64,000 bases of DNA from Polyangiales bacterium (GCA_038231275.1 JBBRLQ010000012.1:32001-96000), one strand, 5' to 3'; positions 49,496-61,428 are shown, counted from the first letter of the stretch. Translations and numbers: made by a program. Notes: generated by a model from the letters alone, not told the origin.

Positions 49496-50286
49496 ACGTG
49501 CGCCGTTACCTCTACCTCCTCGCCATCCAGCTCAAGGCGTCGACCTTGCTCGCGATGCAGTACCGCACGGATTTCCTGGTCGACATGGTGATCGAGCTCG
49601 TCTGGGCGGCCACCGCGGTGGCGCCGCTCTTCGTCGTCTTCCAGGGCCGCTCGACGATCGCGGGGTGGACGTACCCGGAGGCGCTCGTCGTCACCGGGTG
49701 GTTCACGCTCATGCAGGGCCTCCTCGAAGGCGCGATCAACCCGAGCCTCGTCAACGTCGTCGAGCAAGTGCGAAAGGGAACGCTCGACTTCGTCCTCTTG
49801 AAGCCCGCCGACGCGCAGTTCCTCGTCTCGACGACGCGCTTCCAGCCGTCCAAGGCCATCAACGCGATCACCGCGATCGTGATCTTCGTGTACGCCTTCC
49901 GGCGGATCGGCCACCCTCCGCCTTTGAGCGGCATCGCGGCGGCGTTCCTCTTGATGCTGACCGCGGCGGTGCTCCTCTACGCGCTCTGGATCCTGACGGT
50001 AAGCGCGGTCTTCTACGTCGTGCGCGTCGACAACCTGACGTTCCTCTTCACCGCCGTGTTCGACGCCGCGCGGTGGCCATCCTCGGTCTTCCGCGGGATC
50101 GCGAAGATCATTTTCACCTTCGTCATCCCGCTCGCCCTCATGACGACGTTCCCCGCCGAGGCCATGCTCGGGCGGCTCGCGCTGTCCTCGCTCTTCGTGT
50201 CGATCGCAGGGGCGCTCGTGTTCGCGACCCTTTCGCGTGCCGTGTGGGTGCGCGCGATAGGGCGGTACACGTCCGCGAGCAGCTGA
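49492..50286 (+). CDS. ABC-2 family permease (DUF990 type)
   Basis: QYRTDF, GTLDFVLLKP, RYTSASS. Confidence 0.88.
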   Translation: MNVRRYLYLLAIQLKASTLLAMQYRTDFLVDMVIELVWAATAVAPLFVVFQGRSTIAGWTYPEALVVTGWFTLMQGLLEGAINPSLVNVVEQVRKGTLDFVLLKPADAQFLVSTTRFQPSKAINAITAIVIFVYAFRRIGHPPPLSGIAAAFLLMLTAAVLLYALWILTVSAVFYVVRVDNLTFLFTAVFDAARWPSSVFRGIAKIIFTFVIPLALMTTFPAEAMLGRLALSSLFVSIAGALVFATLSRAVWVRAIGRYTSASS

Positions 50287-50298
50287 GGCTCTGCGGGC

Positions 50299-50616
50299 CT
50301 AGGCGTCGGCGTCGGCGTCGCCGGCAGCGCTGTCGGCCGCATCGACCTCGCCGCTGTCTTTTCCAGCGTCCGCGGCGTCCGGCGGCGGCGTGGCGTCCAC
50401 ACCCGTGTCTGCGCCGCCTTCACCCCCACCCCCTTCGGAGCCGCCACCTTCCGTGGTCGCCTCCGAGGGGCCATCGTTGGCCGTGCCGTCGGCCTTTGCG
50501 GCGTCCGGCGGCGGTACACGCGTCAAATCCGATCCAAACCACTCCGAGCACCCAACGCTCGCCCCCGCCAACACGCACGCTCCCACGATGAATCCCAGCC
50601 ACCTGGTTCGCGTCAT
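50299..50616 (-). CDS. Small low-complexity lipoprotein
   Basis: SVGC lipobox, D/A/G-rich body. Confidence 0.6.
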   Translation of the reverse strand: MTRTRWLGFIVGACVLAGASVGCSEWFGSDLTRVPPPDAAKADGTANDGPSEATTEGGGSEGGGGEGGADTGVDATPPPDAADAGKDSGEVDAADSAAGDADADA

Positions 50617-50691
50617 CCCGGCCTCCGAACCGCTCAGCTTACCGGACGGCGGGGCGAGATTTCCAGTTTCTTCGGAGCCGAAGCGGGCGCG

Positions 50692-51591
50692 CTAGATCTT
50701 CGCGAGCATCGCCACGCGGCCGCGCGAGGAGACCACGACGCCCCCAGGCTTTTCGACCGTCACGACGAACTGCGTGGGGCGGTTGACCTTGATTTTCGCT
50801 TGGATCGGCACGAGGACGTCGCCCGTGGAGGGGTCGATGTCGAAGACCCCACCGTCGACCGGGAAGCGGTCGTCTTGGGCCTGATCGAAGATCCAGAGCT
50901 GGTACACCCACTTGTCGCGGGGGTTCGCCTTCAGCCCCTTGAAGCGCATGAAGCCGCGCTGCTCGCGGGTGCTCCATACGACATCGCCCTGCGCTTGGGT
51001 CGCCGACTCGTCCTTCAGCGCGGCGAACGACGTTTGCACCGTGTCGGGCAGCGCCATCAGTCGGGCGCGCTCGTTCGCCAGCGGCACGACGTTCGTTTGC
51101 GACGCGCGAAAGAGCGCCGCGCTCATGAGGAAGAAGACCGCCGCGGCCGCCCATCCGACGTACGCGAGGGGTGAGAGCCGGGCGCGCGGCTTGGCCTGAC
51201 GCGCGGCGGCGATGGGTACGGGTACGGGTGCCGGAGCTCGCGCGGCTGCGGGTGCCAGCGCCGCGGGCTTCGTGGGTCCCGCGAGGGGCATGGTACGCGC
51301 TGCGAGCGCGGCCTCGAGCGCGTGAGGATCGACAACGGTCCGCGCCGCGTCGCGCGCGAGCGCTTCTTCCACGCGCGCGGCCAGGCGCGCAGGCAGCGGC
51401 TCGAGCGGCGTCTTCACATAAGCGAGGTGCACTGCCGCGGCCGCCATGTCGAGCACGTCGGTGTCGAGCTCGGGGTACTTGCGAAGGAGCTCCGCCAGCT
51501 CGCGCGCGTCGTCCTTCGAGAGCGCGCCCACCGCGCGATCGGCGAGGAGCTCGATCATGCGATCTTCCACGTTCGGGGGGACGACGCTCAC
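50692..51591 (-). CDS. RskA-like anti-sigma factor
   Basis: N-terminal helix, [21 protein letters not shown]. Confidence 0.85.
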   Translation of the reverse strand: MSVVPPNVEDRMIELLADRAVGALSKDDARELAELLRKYPELDTDVLDMAAAAVHLAYVKTPLEPLPARLAARVEEALARDAARTVVDPHALEAALAARTMPLAGPTKPAALAPAAARAPAPVPVPIAAARQAKPRARLSPLAYVGWAAAAVFFLMSAALFRASQTNVVPLANERARLMALPDTVQTSFAALKDESATQAQGDVVWSTREQRGFMRFKGLKANPRDKWVYQLWIFDQAQDDRFPVDGGVFDIDPSTGDVLVPIQAKIKVNRPTQFVVTVEKPGGVVVSSRGRVAMLAKI

Positions 51592-52142
51592 GATCTCCCT
51601 CCTTCGCCCACGAGGACCTCGCGCACGCGGAGAAGACCGCGGCGCGCGTGCGCCTTCACCGTGCCGAGGGGCATCCCCGTTCGCTCTGCGATCTCTTCGT
51701 GGCTGAGCCCTTGCACGACGGCGAGCTCGAGGACCTGCCTCTGCTCGGGGCGCAGCTGCTCGATCGCCTTCGCGGCGAGCCCCGCCTCCGCCGCCAGCTC
51801 TCCGCGCGGCGCGCGCGCATCCACCTTGGGATCGTCGAAGTCCTGCGTGTCGCGGAGCGGCTCCTCCTTTCGGCGCGCGCGGGAGCGCAAGCGATCGATC
51901 AAACGACGGCGCGCGATCATGGCGATGAACGTCGCCTCGCTGCCGGCGGCAGGATCGAACTTGCTCGCGCTCTTCCACACGTCGACGAAGATTTCCTGCA
52001 CCGCGTCCTCGGCGTCGCTGCTGCTCGGAGAAAGCCGCCGCGCGAGCGCCCACACGAGGCCGCCGAACCGCTGGAGGCAGTCCTTGATCGCGGACGCGTC
52101 GCCGATCGCCACGCGGGCGAGGACGGAGTCCTGCATCGGCAT
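51588..52142 (-). CDS. ECF sigma factor (SigK-like)
   Basis: [37 protein letters not shown]. Confidence 0.92.
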   Translation of the reverse strand: MPMQDSVLARVAIGDASAIKDCLQRFGGLVWALARRLSPSSSDAEDAVQEIFVDVWKSASKFDPAAGSEATFIAMIARRRLIDRLRSRARRKEEPLRDTQDFDDPKVDARAPRGELAAEAGLAAKAIEQLRPEQRQVLELAVVQGLSHEEIAERTGMPLGTVKAHARRGLLRVREVLVGEGGRS

Positions 52143-52214
52143 CGTCCGCTCTGACACGTGGGCAACCACTCTATCCACCCCATTGGCATCCCGCACATTC
52201 CTAGTGAGGACGCA

Positions 52215-52240
52215 TTCGCCAGAGACGCGCGTCTGGATGC
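52215..52240 (-). promoter_or_regulatory. SigK-type autoregulatory promoter GCATCC-N15-GCGAA
   Basis: Matches the recalled SigK consensus CCATCC-N15-CCGAA, upstream of the sigma gene. Confidence 0.55.
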
Positions 52241-52383
52241 AGCGGCCTTCGAACCGCCGAAACTGGGTCGAAATGCCGCGAATTTGCCCCCAATTTCCCG
52301 CGAATCGGCGCCATTCTCAGAAACGGCGAGAGGCCGCACTTTTGTTGCACACGCCACGTGCCGTTTGGTTACCCTTCTCGTCC

Positions 52384-53472
52384 ATGAATCAGCCCCCCGG
52401 ATATCGTCCGCCCTACCCCCCGCAGCCTGGCCAGCCGCAGCAGCCGGACCCGAACCAGCAGAACCCGCAATGGAAAGGGGGTACGCAGCTGATTCAAGGC
52501 GGGAACGCGTACGACCAGGCGGCGCAGCAGTACGGGCTGCCGCCTCAGCAGGGCGCTCAGGGCGGTCAGCCGGGCTACGGACAGCAGCCGGGGCAGCCGC
52601 AGCAGCAGGGCTATGGGCAGCAGCCGCCCGCGCAGCAGCCGTACGGCCAGCCGCCGGCGCAGCAACCGCAATACGGCGCGCCGCCCGCGCAGCAGCCGCA
52701 ATACGGCGCGCCGCCCGCGCAGCAGCAGCAGTACGGCGCGACGCCCGCCGCGCAGCCGGACTACGGTCAGCAGCAGCAGGGCTACGGCGCTCCGCCTGCG
52801 CAGCAGGGTTACGGCGCACCGCCTGCACAGCAGGGCTACGGCGCGCAGCCCGCGCAACAGGGATACGGCGCTCCGCCTGCACAGCAGGGATACGGCGCGC
52901 AGCCCGCGCAGCAGGGATACGGACAGCAGCCCCAGCAGGGCTACGGACAGCAGCCGCAGGGCTTCGGCGGCGCTGCCGGAGCCATGGGCGGCGGCATGCA
53001 ACAGGCGTTCGGCGCAGCACCCGCGCCCGGCACCCGCCCGAAGCCGCGCAACGCGTTCATGGTCGGCATCCTGCCGTTCATCGTGGCGGCCGTCCTCTAC
53101 AACGTGATCTATTTCGTCGGCAACATCACCGAGATCTACGCGATCTGGTACGCGAACTACCTCGTCGAGCTCGGCGCCGGCGCTTGGATCTTCCTCAACT
53201 GGTTCGGGATGATCAAAGAGGTCAAGGCGATCAATCCGAACGTCCAGTGGTGGCCGATCGTCATCGAGATCCTGGTCCCGATTCTTGTCCGCCCCGAGAT
53301 CCAGAAGGCCAAACAGATGGTCGGCGTGCAGGCGCCGGCGCGCAACTTCATCATGTACTGGTTCTTCCCGCTCTGGGCCCTCGCGAAGGACATCAACGAC
53401 ATGGCCGATCCGAGCGCGCCGGTCCCGCAGGGGATGCCCGGAATGCCCGGCGGATTCCCCGGAATGCGCTGA
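52384..53472 (+). CDS. Membrane protein with a long Q/P/G/Y-rich repeat N-terminus
   Basis: About 200 aa of [13 protein letters not shown] repeats followed by 3-4 hydrophobic segments (DUF4234-like). Confidence 0.85.
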   Translation: MNQPPGYRPPYPPQPGQPQQPDPNQQNPQWKGGTQLIQGGNAYDQAAQQYGLPPQQGAQGGQPGYGQQPGQPQQQGYGQQPPAQQPYGQPPAQQPQYGAPPAQQPQYGAPPAQQQQYGATPAAQPDYGQQQQGYGAPPAQQGYGAPPAQQGYGAQPAQQGYGAPPAQQGYGAQPAQQGYGQQPQQGYGQQPQGFGGAAGAMGGGMQQAFGAAPAPGTRPKPRNAFMVGILPFIVAAVLYNVIYFVGNITEIYAIWYANYLVELGAGAWIFLNWFGMIKEVKAINPNVQWWPIVIEILVPILVRPEIQKAKQMVGVQAPARNFIMYWFFPLWALAKDINDMADPSAPVPQGMPGMPGGFPGMR

Positions 53473-53497
53473 GCGCCGTCCTCTGACGCTCGCCAAG

Positions 53498-53531
53498 AGG
53501 CGCGCGCTTCCGAAAGGAGCGCGCGCCTTTT
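53498..53531 (+). terminator. Intrinsic (possibly bidirectional) terminator
   Basis: aggcgcgcgcttcc-gaaa-ggagcgcgcgcct followed by T tracts, between convergent genes. Confidence 0.75.
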
Positions 53532-53559
53532 GCGTTTTGTCGCTGTCGATCGCGCCTGC

Positions 53560-55692
53560 CTACTTCGCCGCGACGCTCGCGTCCTTTTCCAGCGTGAGCT
53601 CCGCGATGCCGTCCTGGAAGTGGATGCGCGCGATCATCTGCTTTTCCTGCAGGCCAACGAGATCGATCGTCGCCTTCGACGTCCTGTCGCTGATCTCGCG
53701 CATCTTCCCCTCGAGGCTGACCATGAGCGGCCCGGCGCTCTTCACCACCTTGAGCGTCACGATCTGCGCGTGGAGCTCGTCCATGCGAACGCGGTACTCC
53801 TGCATCTGCTCGCGCGTCGTGGCGATCTGCTGCTCGATCTTCGCCATCTCGCCGTGGAGCCGCACGAGCTCCGCGACCTTCTCCTTGAGCGGGCCGCGCG
53901 CCGCGTTCGACGACAGGAACACCTTGACCATGTCGAGCCCTGCCGGCGTGCGGATGTCGGTCGACTTGAATACCGGCGTCTCCTCTTCGAGAGTGACCTC
54001 CTGGCTCTTCTTCGGATCGACGTCGACCTTGAAGAGGTGCGCGCCGCCGATCTTCTCGCACTCGCCGGTCTGGCAGGTGCCCGCCGGGGATTTGGTGAGC
54101 GAGTAACCGCCGGCGACGGTATGGCGGATGAAGACGCTTGCGCGCTCGCCGGTGCGGTTGTGGAGCGTGAAGGTCTTCGAGCGGGTGTGCTTCACCTCGG
54201 TCGAGAAGACACCGCGCGTGACGGTGAGGATGCGCGAGATTTCGTCGCGCTCTCCCTCTTTCGATTCGACGACGACCTGACGATCGAGCGCGAACGGCAC
54301 GAACGCCACGCTGCGCGCCGGGATCGGCTCGCTGAGGCCCTCGCCGATGAATTTCCCGTCGCCGAAGACGGTGACCGGGCCGCTCTCGAGCACCGAGTCG
54401 GTGGGGTTCTTCACGCGCACGGCGCGGAACGGGAAGGTCGCGTTGCCGCGCGGGCTCTCGGCGTCGTAGAGGTAGACGATCTCACCGTCGGTGTCGGTGT
54501 TCAGGATCGAGACCATCGCGCTCGTGCCGCGCGGGACGTTCATCGCCGCCTGCGACTCGAAGTGCGCGGCGCCGATCGGATCTTGCGACAGCGGCGGCGC
54601 GGTGGTGCCCGTCGCGGCCTGCCCGTCCGGCTTTTTCGCGTTCTCTTGGGCCGGCGTCCGCGCTTCGACGACGCGGACGCCTCCCGCGCGACCAGGCTGC
54701 TCGCCGCGACCGACGGCGACGACCTTGCTCGCGTCGACGCCGTTTCGCACCAGCTGATCCCGCGCGCGGTTGGCGCGCTCGAGCGAGGCAGCGTACTTGT
54801 CGCCGTCCTCCTTCGTCGCGAAGCCCTCGATCACGATCTGGTTCGGCGACGAGGCGAGCGAGCGCGCCATCTGTCCGAAGCCCTGTCCGGCGGTAGTGCC
54901 GCCGGCCGCGCCTCCCGACATCGGCGCGTCGGCGGGGCGCTTGTGCGCCGACTTCGCGGGCGGCGGCGTGTTCCGCGCGGGCGGCGCGGCCTGCGCGCCG
55001 GGCGTGGTCGGCGCAGGATCGGCGGCCGGCTCCTCGTTCATCGCGAGCGCGCCGTCGTCGAGATCTCCCACGACCCGCCGCTCGTCTTTGCCGTACGTCG
55101 ACGCGCCGGTCGGTGGCGCCAGCGCGAACAGATCGTTCGACTGTAGCGTCTCGCGCTCCACCGTGCGCACCGAGCGCAAATCGAAGCGGAACGACATCGC
55201 CGAGCTTGATCCGACGCCGAGCTTGATCCCGTTCCAATCCTCGCCCGACGTGTTGTCGACGATCGCCCACCCCTGGACGTTCACCTTCCCCGACTTGCCG
55301 ACGACGAACCGGTAGCTCGGCTTCCACGACGGCGCTTCGGTGACGTACGACAGGCGCAGGCGATGCGGCGAGGGCCCGCTCAGCGTGATCTTCATGTCGA
55401 TCAGGCCGGTGGCGTTCGAAGGCGCGTTCGTTGGGTACGCGACAGGCGCCGGAGCCCCGGTCTTCGCGTCGACCACCGTGAGCGACTTCAAGAAGTCGTC
55501 CACCTTGTCGGCGGGAACCTGGAGCTTCAAGCTGTCCCCCTCGACCTGCGCCACGCGCTCGAAGTACGCGACCCCATTGCGATAGACGACGACCCTGCCG
55601 AGCGTCGTGTCCGGGGATTTCACGTACGAGGCCTGCGTGGAGCCACATCCCACGAGCGTGAGGAGGGCGCTCGCGAAGAGAATCTTCTTCAT
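53560..55692 (-). CDS. DUF4139-family lipoprotein with an inserted OmpA-like domain
   Basis: LVGC lipobox; VVVYRNGVAYFER, DDFLKSL, WKPSYR, VDNTSGEDW; IEGF...SLERA..ARDQLV..GV...GRGE. Confidence 0.8.
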   Translation of the reverse strand: MKKILFASALLTLVGCGSTQASYVKSPDTTLGRVVVYRNGVAYFERVAQVEGDSLKLQVPADKVDDFLKSLTVVDAKTGAPAPVAYPTNAPSNATGLIDMKITLSGPSPHRLRLSYVTEAPSWKPSYRFVVGKSGKVNVQGWAIVDNTSGEDWNGIKLGVGSSSAMSFRFDLRSVRTVERETLQSNDLFALAPPTGASTYGKDERRVVGDLDDGALAMNEEPAADPAPTTPGAQAAPPARNTPPPAKSAHKRPADAPMSGGAAGGTTAGQGFGQMARSLASSPNQIVIEGFATKEDGDKYAASLERANRARDQLVRNGVDASKVVAVGRGEQPGRAGGVRVVEARTPAQENAKKPDGQAATGTTAPPLSQDPIGAAHFESQAAMNVPRGTSAMVSILNTDTDGEIVYLYDAESPRGNATFPFRAVRVKNPTDSVLESGPVTVFGDGKFIGEGLSEPIPARSVAFVPFALDRQVVVESKEGERDEISRILTVTRGVFSTEVKHTRSKTFTLHNRTGERASVFIRHTVAGGYSLTKSPAGTCQTGECEKIGGAHLFKVDVDPKKSQEVTLEEETPVFKSTDIRTPAGLDMVKVFLSSNAARGPLKEKVAELVRLHGEMAKIEQQIATTREQMQEYRVRMDELHAQIVTLKVVKSAGPLMVSLEGKMREISDRTSKATIDLVGLQEKQMIARIHFQDGIAELTLEKDASVAAK

Positions 55693-55730
55693 GGGGAATA
55701 GGGACGGGGGAGCGGACGAAACGATCTACG

Positions 55731-55802
55731 CCGACCCCGACCCCGACCCCGACCCCGACTCCGACTCCGACGCCGACTCCGACTCCGACGCCGACTCCGA
55801 CG
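55731..55802. repeat. Intergenic (CCGACN)x12 hexamer repeat
   Basis: Lies between divergent genes, outside the chosen CDSs. Confidence 0.9.
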
Positions 55803-55838
55803 CTTGCGCGGGACGAGCCGCGGGTGTCTCCTCTCGCC

Positions 55839-56783
55839 ATGGCCAAGGTCGCCCTCGTCCAGATTCCCTGCCCCTTTCTCGATCGCGCGGCCTCGTTCGA
55901 CGCGGCGGCACGCGCGATCGCCAAGGCAGCGCGCGAGGGAGCCGAGCTCGTCGTCTTGCCGGAGTCGTTCATCGGCGGGTATCCGGACTGGATCTGGCGG
56001 CTGCAGCCGCAAGGCGATCGCACGCTCACCCACACCATCCACGAGAGGCTGGTGGCGGCGTCGGTGGACCTTCAAAAAGACGAGCTACGCCCGCTCCGCG
56101 ACGCCGTGGCGAAGGCCAAGGTGACGGTGGTGTGCGGCATCAACGAGCGCGAAGGCGCGTTCAGCCGCGGCACGCTCTACAACACGGTCGTCATCATCGG
56201 GCCCGACGGCACGCTCCTCAACCGCCATCGCAAGCTCGTGCCGACGAACCCCGAGCGGATGGTGTGGGGACAAGGCGACGCGAGCGGCCTCCGCGTGGTG
56301 AGCACGCCCGTCGGACGCGTCGGCTCGCTCATCTGCTGGGAGAACTACATGCCGCTCGCCCGCTTCGCGCTCTACGGGCAGGGCGTCGAGATTTACGTCG
56401 CGCCGACCTGGGACCACGGCGACGCGTGGATCTCCTCGATGAAGCACATCGCGCGTGAAGGGCGGTGCTGGGTGCTGAGCAACGCGATTTGCATGCAGGC
56501 GAAGGACGTCCCCGCCGATTTTCCGGAGCGCGCGAAGGTCTACGCGAACCCCGAGGAGTGGCTGAACCCGGGCGACGCCGTCGTCGTCGATCCGACGGGC
56601 ACCCTCGTCGCAGGACCGATGCACGAGGAGCGCGGGATCCTGTACGCGACGTGCGACGCGTCCAAGGTCGACGCCGCTCGCCGAACGCTCGACGTCGCCG
56701 GCCACTACAACCGGCCCGACGTGTTCCGGCTCGAAGTGAATCGCGCCGCGGGGACGCCGGTCCACTTCGCGGACGAGAAGTAG
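55839..56783 (+). CDS. Nitrilase / carbon-nitrogen hydrolase
   Basis: LPE..GGYP, HRKLVPT, ICWENYMP, DVAGHYNRPD. Confidence 0.93.
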   Translation: MAKVALVQIPCPFLDRAASFDAAARAIAKAAREGAELVVLPESFIGGYPDWIWRLQPQGDRTLTHTIHERLVAASVDLQKDELRPLRDAVAKAKVTVVCGINEREGAFSRGTLYNTVVIIGPDGTLLNRHRKLVPTNPERMVWGQGDASGLRVVSTPVGRVGSLICWENYMPLARFALYGQGVEIYVAPTWDHGDAWISSMKHIAREGRCWVLSNAICMQAKDVPADFPERAKVYANPEEWLNPGDAVVVDPTGTLVAGPMHEERGILYATCDASKVDAARRTLDVAGHYNRPDVFRLEVNRAAGTPVHFADEK

Positions 56784-56790
56784 GTCGCGA

Positions 56791-57411
56791 ATGTCGAAGG
56801 AGCTCTACGGCGACGGCGCGCGGCGACTCCAGGACGTCTTCGACACGCGCCGCCTGGCCGATCGCCTCGAGGAGCGCCTCGTCAAGGATCACGTCGGCGA
56901 GAGCGACGCCGCGTTCATCGCGAGCCTCGACATGTTCTTCCTCGCGACCGTCGACGCGCAGGGAAACCCCAACTGCTCATACAAGGGCGGCGAGCCGGGG
57001 TTCGTTCGCGTCCTGGATCCCAAGACGATCGCGTTTCCTCTTCTCGACGGAAACGGAATGTTCTTGTCGGCAGGCGCGATCGCAGAGGCCGGCAAGGTCG
57101 GCATGCTCTTCGTGGATTTCGCGGGGCAGTCGCGCCTGCGCGTGAACGGCGTCGCGCGCGTGGACCGCGACGATCCGCTGCTCCCCACGTTTCCCGAGGC
57201 CAAGCTCGTCGTCCGCGTCGCGGTCACCCACGTCTTCCCGAACTGCCCGCGCTACATTCATCGCCTCGCGCTCGTCGAGCGCTCGAAGTTCGTCCCCAAG
57301 CCGGAGGCCGCTACGCCGGTCCCGAGCTGGAAGCGCACCGAGTGGGCGGCCGACGTGCTCGCTGCCGACGATCCCGCGCGCGCCGGCGACAAAGAGGTCT
57401 GCCCGCGTTGA
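56791..57411 (+). CDS. Pyridoxamine 5'-phosphate oxidase-family FMN-binding protein
   Basis: FFLAT, SYKGGEPGFV, DGNG, RLRVNG, NCPRYI. Confidence 0.9.
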   Translation: MSKELYGDGARRLQDVFDTRRLADRLEERLVKDHVGESDAAFIASLDMFFLATVDAQGNPNCSYKGGEPGFVRVLDPKTIAFPLLDGNGMFLSAGAIAEAGKVGMLFVDFAGQSRLRVNGVARVDRDDPLLPTFPEAKLVVRVAVTHVFPNCPRYIHRLALVERSKFVPKPEAATPVPSWKRTEWAADVLAADDPARAGDKEVCPR

Positions 57412-57432
57412 GTGGAGCGGAGCGGAGCGGCG

Positions 57433-58425
57433 TCATTCCTTGCGCCGGAGCAGCGGCGCGATCCACCCGAGCCCCACGCCGGTGAGACTCGCCAGCGACA
57501 TCGCCGCATTCCCACGCAAAGACTCCGGCGTCGCGCCCGCATCGGGCTCCGTCTCCACGAATGCGTCGAGCCACGCCTCTTGTGGACCGCGCGCCAGCAC
57601 GCCGCCGAGATCGAACAGCGTCAGATCGTCCACCCCAGCCGCACGCGCGATCCCGACGTCGCGCGCGAGCTCCGCCGGCGAGCGGTAAATTGGCTCGTCC
57701 CCGAAGGCGCCGACGCCTACCGCCCCGAGCGACACGCTCCCGCGATCCCCGAAGCGCTCGACCGTCGCGCGGCACGTCGCGGCCAGCACGCTGAGGGCGC
57801 CGCGCCGATCGAACAGGCCTCGCGACCAGCCTTCGAGGATCGACGTGTAGAGCATCACGTTGACACCCGACCACGACGGCCCGTCGAGGGGGGTGCCGAG
57901 GAGCGCCTGCCACCGCGACGACTCCGCGCGATCGAGGAGCACCATCGGCACCGCCACCGCCGTCGTCGCGAGCCCGTGCTCCTGCATCTCGCGCGAGAGC
58001 GACGCGAACGCTCCGCGCGCCGCCGCGAGCCGCGACCCGTCCGCCACCGACTCGAGCAAGCGACCCGCCGCGCGCAGGCTCCCGAGCGCCGCGCGCACGT
58101 CGTCGATCGCGGGCTCCAGATCGACCACGATCTCCTTCACCCCGCCCGCCTCCGCGACCTTCGCGGCCGCGCGCGCGAACGCGGCGAACGTGGCGTGGTT
58201 CTTCGCGTTCGCCCACCGTCCGTCCGCGTCGTCGAGCATCGGCCACACCGCCGTCGCGATCCCCGCGCCTCCCAGGCGCGCCAGCACGTCCCGGAGAGCG
58301 GGCAGCGAATCGGGCCGCACCGCGACGAGAACGTCGAGTGTGTACCGCTTCAAGAGCCCGAGCACGCGCGCGCTTCCGAGCATCTCGAAGGGGACGGTCT
58401 CGCTCCAGATGCGGCGCCGACGCAT
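57433..58425 (-). CDS. Hypothetical protein (possible TIM-barrel hydrolase-like)
   Basis: Natural translation; WPML...G.W.N, VDLEP, MLYTS. Confidence 0.65.
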   Translation of the reverse strand: MRRRRIWSETVPFEMLGSARVLGLLKRYTLDVLVAVRPDSLPALRDVLARLGGAGIATAVWPMLDDADGRWANAKNHATFAAFARAAAKVAEAGGVKEIVVDLEPAIDDVRAALGSLRAAGRLLESVADGSRLAAARGAFASLSREMQEHGLATTAVAVPMVLLDRAESSRWQALLGTPLDGPSWSGVNVMLYTSILEGWSRGLFDRRGALSVLAATCRATVERFGDRGSVSLGAVGVGAFGDEPIYRSPAELARDVGIARAAGVDDLTLFDLGGVLARGPQEAWLDAFVETEPDAGATPESLRGNAAMSLASLTGVGLGWIAPLLRRKE

Positions 58426-58450
58426 GGCCGATCAGGGTACCATTCGGGCC

Positions 58451-59527
<1,077 letters not shown>

Positions 59528-59555
59528 GCGCCCCCAGCGAAAATTGGATGGGCGC

Positions 59556-60311
59556 CTAACGCGACTCGTACACGCGCATCGCCGGCAGCTCCAGAGCAGT
59601 CAAGAATCCGCCTTTGCCCGCGCCGGTGTCGAGCCCCACGACGCACGGACCCGCCCAGATGTCGTTCGGATCGTCGGGCGTGTACGACGAGAGCTCGGGC
59701 GGGAGGCACGCCGTCGTGGTGTGCCCGAAGACGACGAGCTTCCCGCGGTAGTCTCGGAAGAACGCCTCCTCGCGGCACCAGAGGAGCGCGATCTGCGGCT
59801 CCACCTTCGACGGGTGTTGAAAGGTGCCGTCGGCGCCGCGCGGCAGGCCGGCGTGCACGTAGATCGCGTGATCGTCCTCGTAGTAGAAGGCGAGGCCCTC
59901 GAGCCAGTCGACGACGTCCTTCGGGAAAAAGCCGCCGACCAGCATGACGTCCATCTCGGCCTTGGTGGCGCGCTCGTCGTCCTCCGGCGGCGGCTTGCCC
60001 TCGAAGGAGCGCATGCACGCGAGGCAGCCGTTCACCGGTGGAAGCACGAACTCTGGCCAGCCGCGCCCGATGACGCGTAGCCACGCGTCCTCGTGGTTGC
60101 CTCGCAGGGACACCACCTTGGCGGGGATCTGCTTCGGGAGGTTTCGGATGTAGTCGACGACCTGCGCGGACTGCGGCCCGCGATCGAGGTAGTCGCCCAC
60201 GAAAACGATCGTGTCCTCCTTCGTCAGGGTCGGCAGGCACGCGAGGACCTTGAACACGGCGTCCAGATCTCCATGGATGTCACCGATCGCGAAGGTCCGT
60301 TTCTCCGACAT
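59556..60311 (-). CDS. PPP-family metallophosphoesterase
   Basis: GDIHG, GDYLDRG, RGNHE, VHAG, FGHT, LDTG. Confidence 0.93.
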   Translation of the reverse strand: MSEKRTFAIGDIHGDLDAVFKVLACLPTLTKEDTIVFVGDYLDRGPQSAQVVDYIRNLPKQIPAKVVSLRGNHEDAWLRVIGRGWPEFVLPPVNGCLACMRSFEGKPPPEDDERATKAEMDVMLVGGFFPKDVVDWLEGLAFYYEDDHAIYVHAGLPRGADGTFQHPSKVEPQIALLWCREEAFFRDYRGKLVVFGHTTTACLPPELSSYTPDDPNDIWAGPCVVGLDTGAGKGGFLTALELPAMRVYESR

Positions 60312-60346
60312 GGGTCCGTCAGGGTCCTTCGAAGGGGGGCCGGCCG

Positions 60347-60763
60347 TCAAGCGCCCGTGATGTGGACGACGAGCTCGCGGACGTGCGCGCTCGTGCGGTG
60401 CTCCCACAGGTAAATCGCCTGCCAGGTGCCCAGCGCGAGGCGGCTCCGCGAAATCGGGATCTGCTCGCTCGTCTTGGTGAGCACGGTGCGAAGGTGCGAC
60501 GGCATGTCGTCGGGCCCCTCCGCCGTGTGCTCGTACATCGGGCCCTCCGGCGCGACGCGCTCGATCCAGCGCTGCATGTCGCGGCGCACGGACGGATCGG
60601 CGTTCTCCTGGATGACGAGCGACGCGCTGGTATGGCGGCAAAAGACGGTGCACAGCCCGGTCTTCACGCCGGCCGCACCGACGACGTGCTGCACGGCCTC
60701 CGTCACGTCGACGAGCCCGCGCCCCGTCGTTCGGACCTCGAGGAGCTCCTGGTAGACCTTCAT
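60347..60763 (-). CDS. yjbQ: YjbQ/UPF0047 family protein
   Basis: HTSASL.IQENADP, EGPDDMPSH, LGTWQ. Confidence 0.9.
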   Translation of the reverse strand: MKVYQELLEVRTTGRGLVDVTEAVQHVVGAAGVKTGLCTVFCRHTSASLVIQENADPSVRRDMQRWIERVAPEGPMYEHTAEGPDDMPSHLRTVLTKTSEQIPISRSRLALGTWQAIYLWEHRTSAHVRELVVHITGA

Positions 60764-61428
60764 GCGTCGCTCCTTCCTCCGCTGCCCGCCTTGCGACCGC
60801 GCCGCGGGGCGTTCGCGATGGGCTCCAGGTAGCGGCGCAGGAGGACCTTCGTCTCCTGCACGATCTCCGGCCCGATCTGGCCGCCCATGCGCACGCCGAC
60901 GAACAGCATGGCGCTGATCACCTCGACGATCATCGTCGCCACCAGCCGGCGGCGCTTGACGGGCAGCGCCGGCGCGAACATCGCCAAGATCCCCTCGGCC
61001 TGCCCGGCGAACTCTTCGTTCAGGGCGGCGCCGGCCGCGAAGAAGCGCGCCGAGCGTGCCCAGTTCAGCCACACCGCGCGCCCGCCGACCTCGGTCCTCT
61101 GGAGGTCGTCGAACGCATCGATCGCACGATCGATGATCTCGTCCCAGGTCCCGCCCTCGACCGCGGCGGCCGTCATGTGGCGCTCGAACACCGCCCGCGC
61201 GCGCGCGAGGTATTGGTCGGCGATGGCCTCGAAGAGCGCCTCCTTGTTCGGGAAGTACTGGTAAACCGACCCGATCGACACGCCCGCGCGCTCGGCGATC
61301 TCCTCGGTCGTGGCCCCGTCGAAGCTCTTCTCCGAAAAGAGATGCCCCGCCGCGTCCAGGATGCGCTCGACGCGCTGGCGGCTGCGATCCTGGGTCGGAG
61401 CGCGCCGCGTACCGGCGGGGCTTGACAA
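60760..61428 (-). CDS. TetR/AcrR family regulator
   Basis: Q.RS..RVERILDAA, IAERAGVSIGSVYQYFPNK; start uncertain. Confidence 0.92.
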   Translation of the reverse strand: MSSPAGTRRAPTQDRSRQRVERILDAAGHLFSEKSFDGATTEEIAERAGVSIGSVYQYFPNKEALFEAIADQYLARARAVFERHMTAAAVEGGTWDEIIDRAIDAFDDLQRTEVGGRAVWLNWARSARFFAAGAALNEEFAGQAEGILAMFAPALPVKRRRLVATMIVEVISAMLFVGVRMGGQIGPEIVQETKVLLRRYLEPIANAPRRGRKAGSGGRSDA

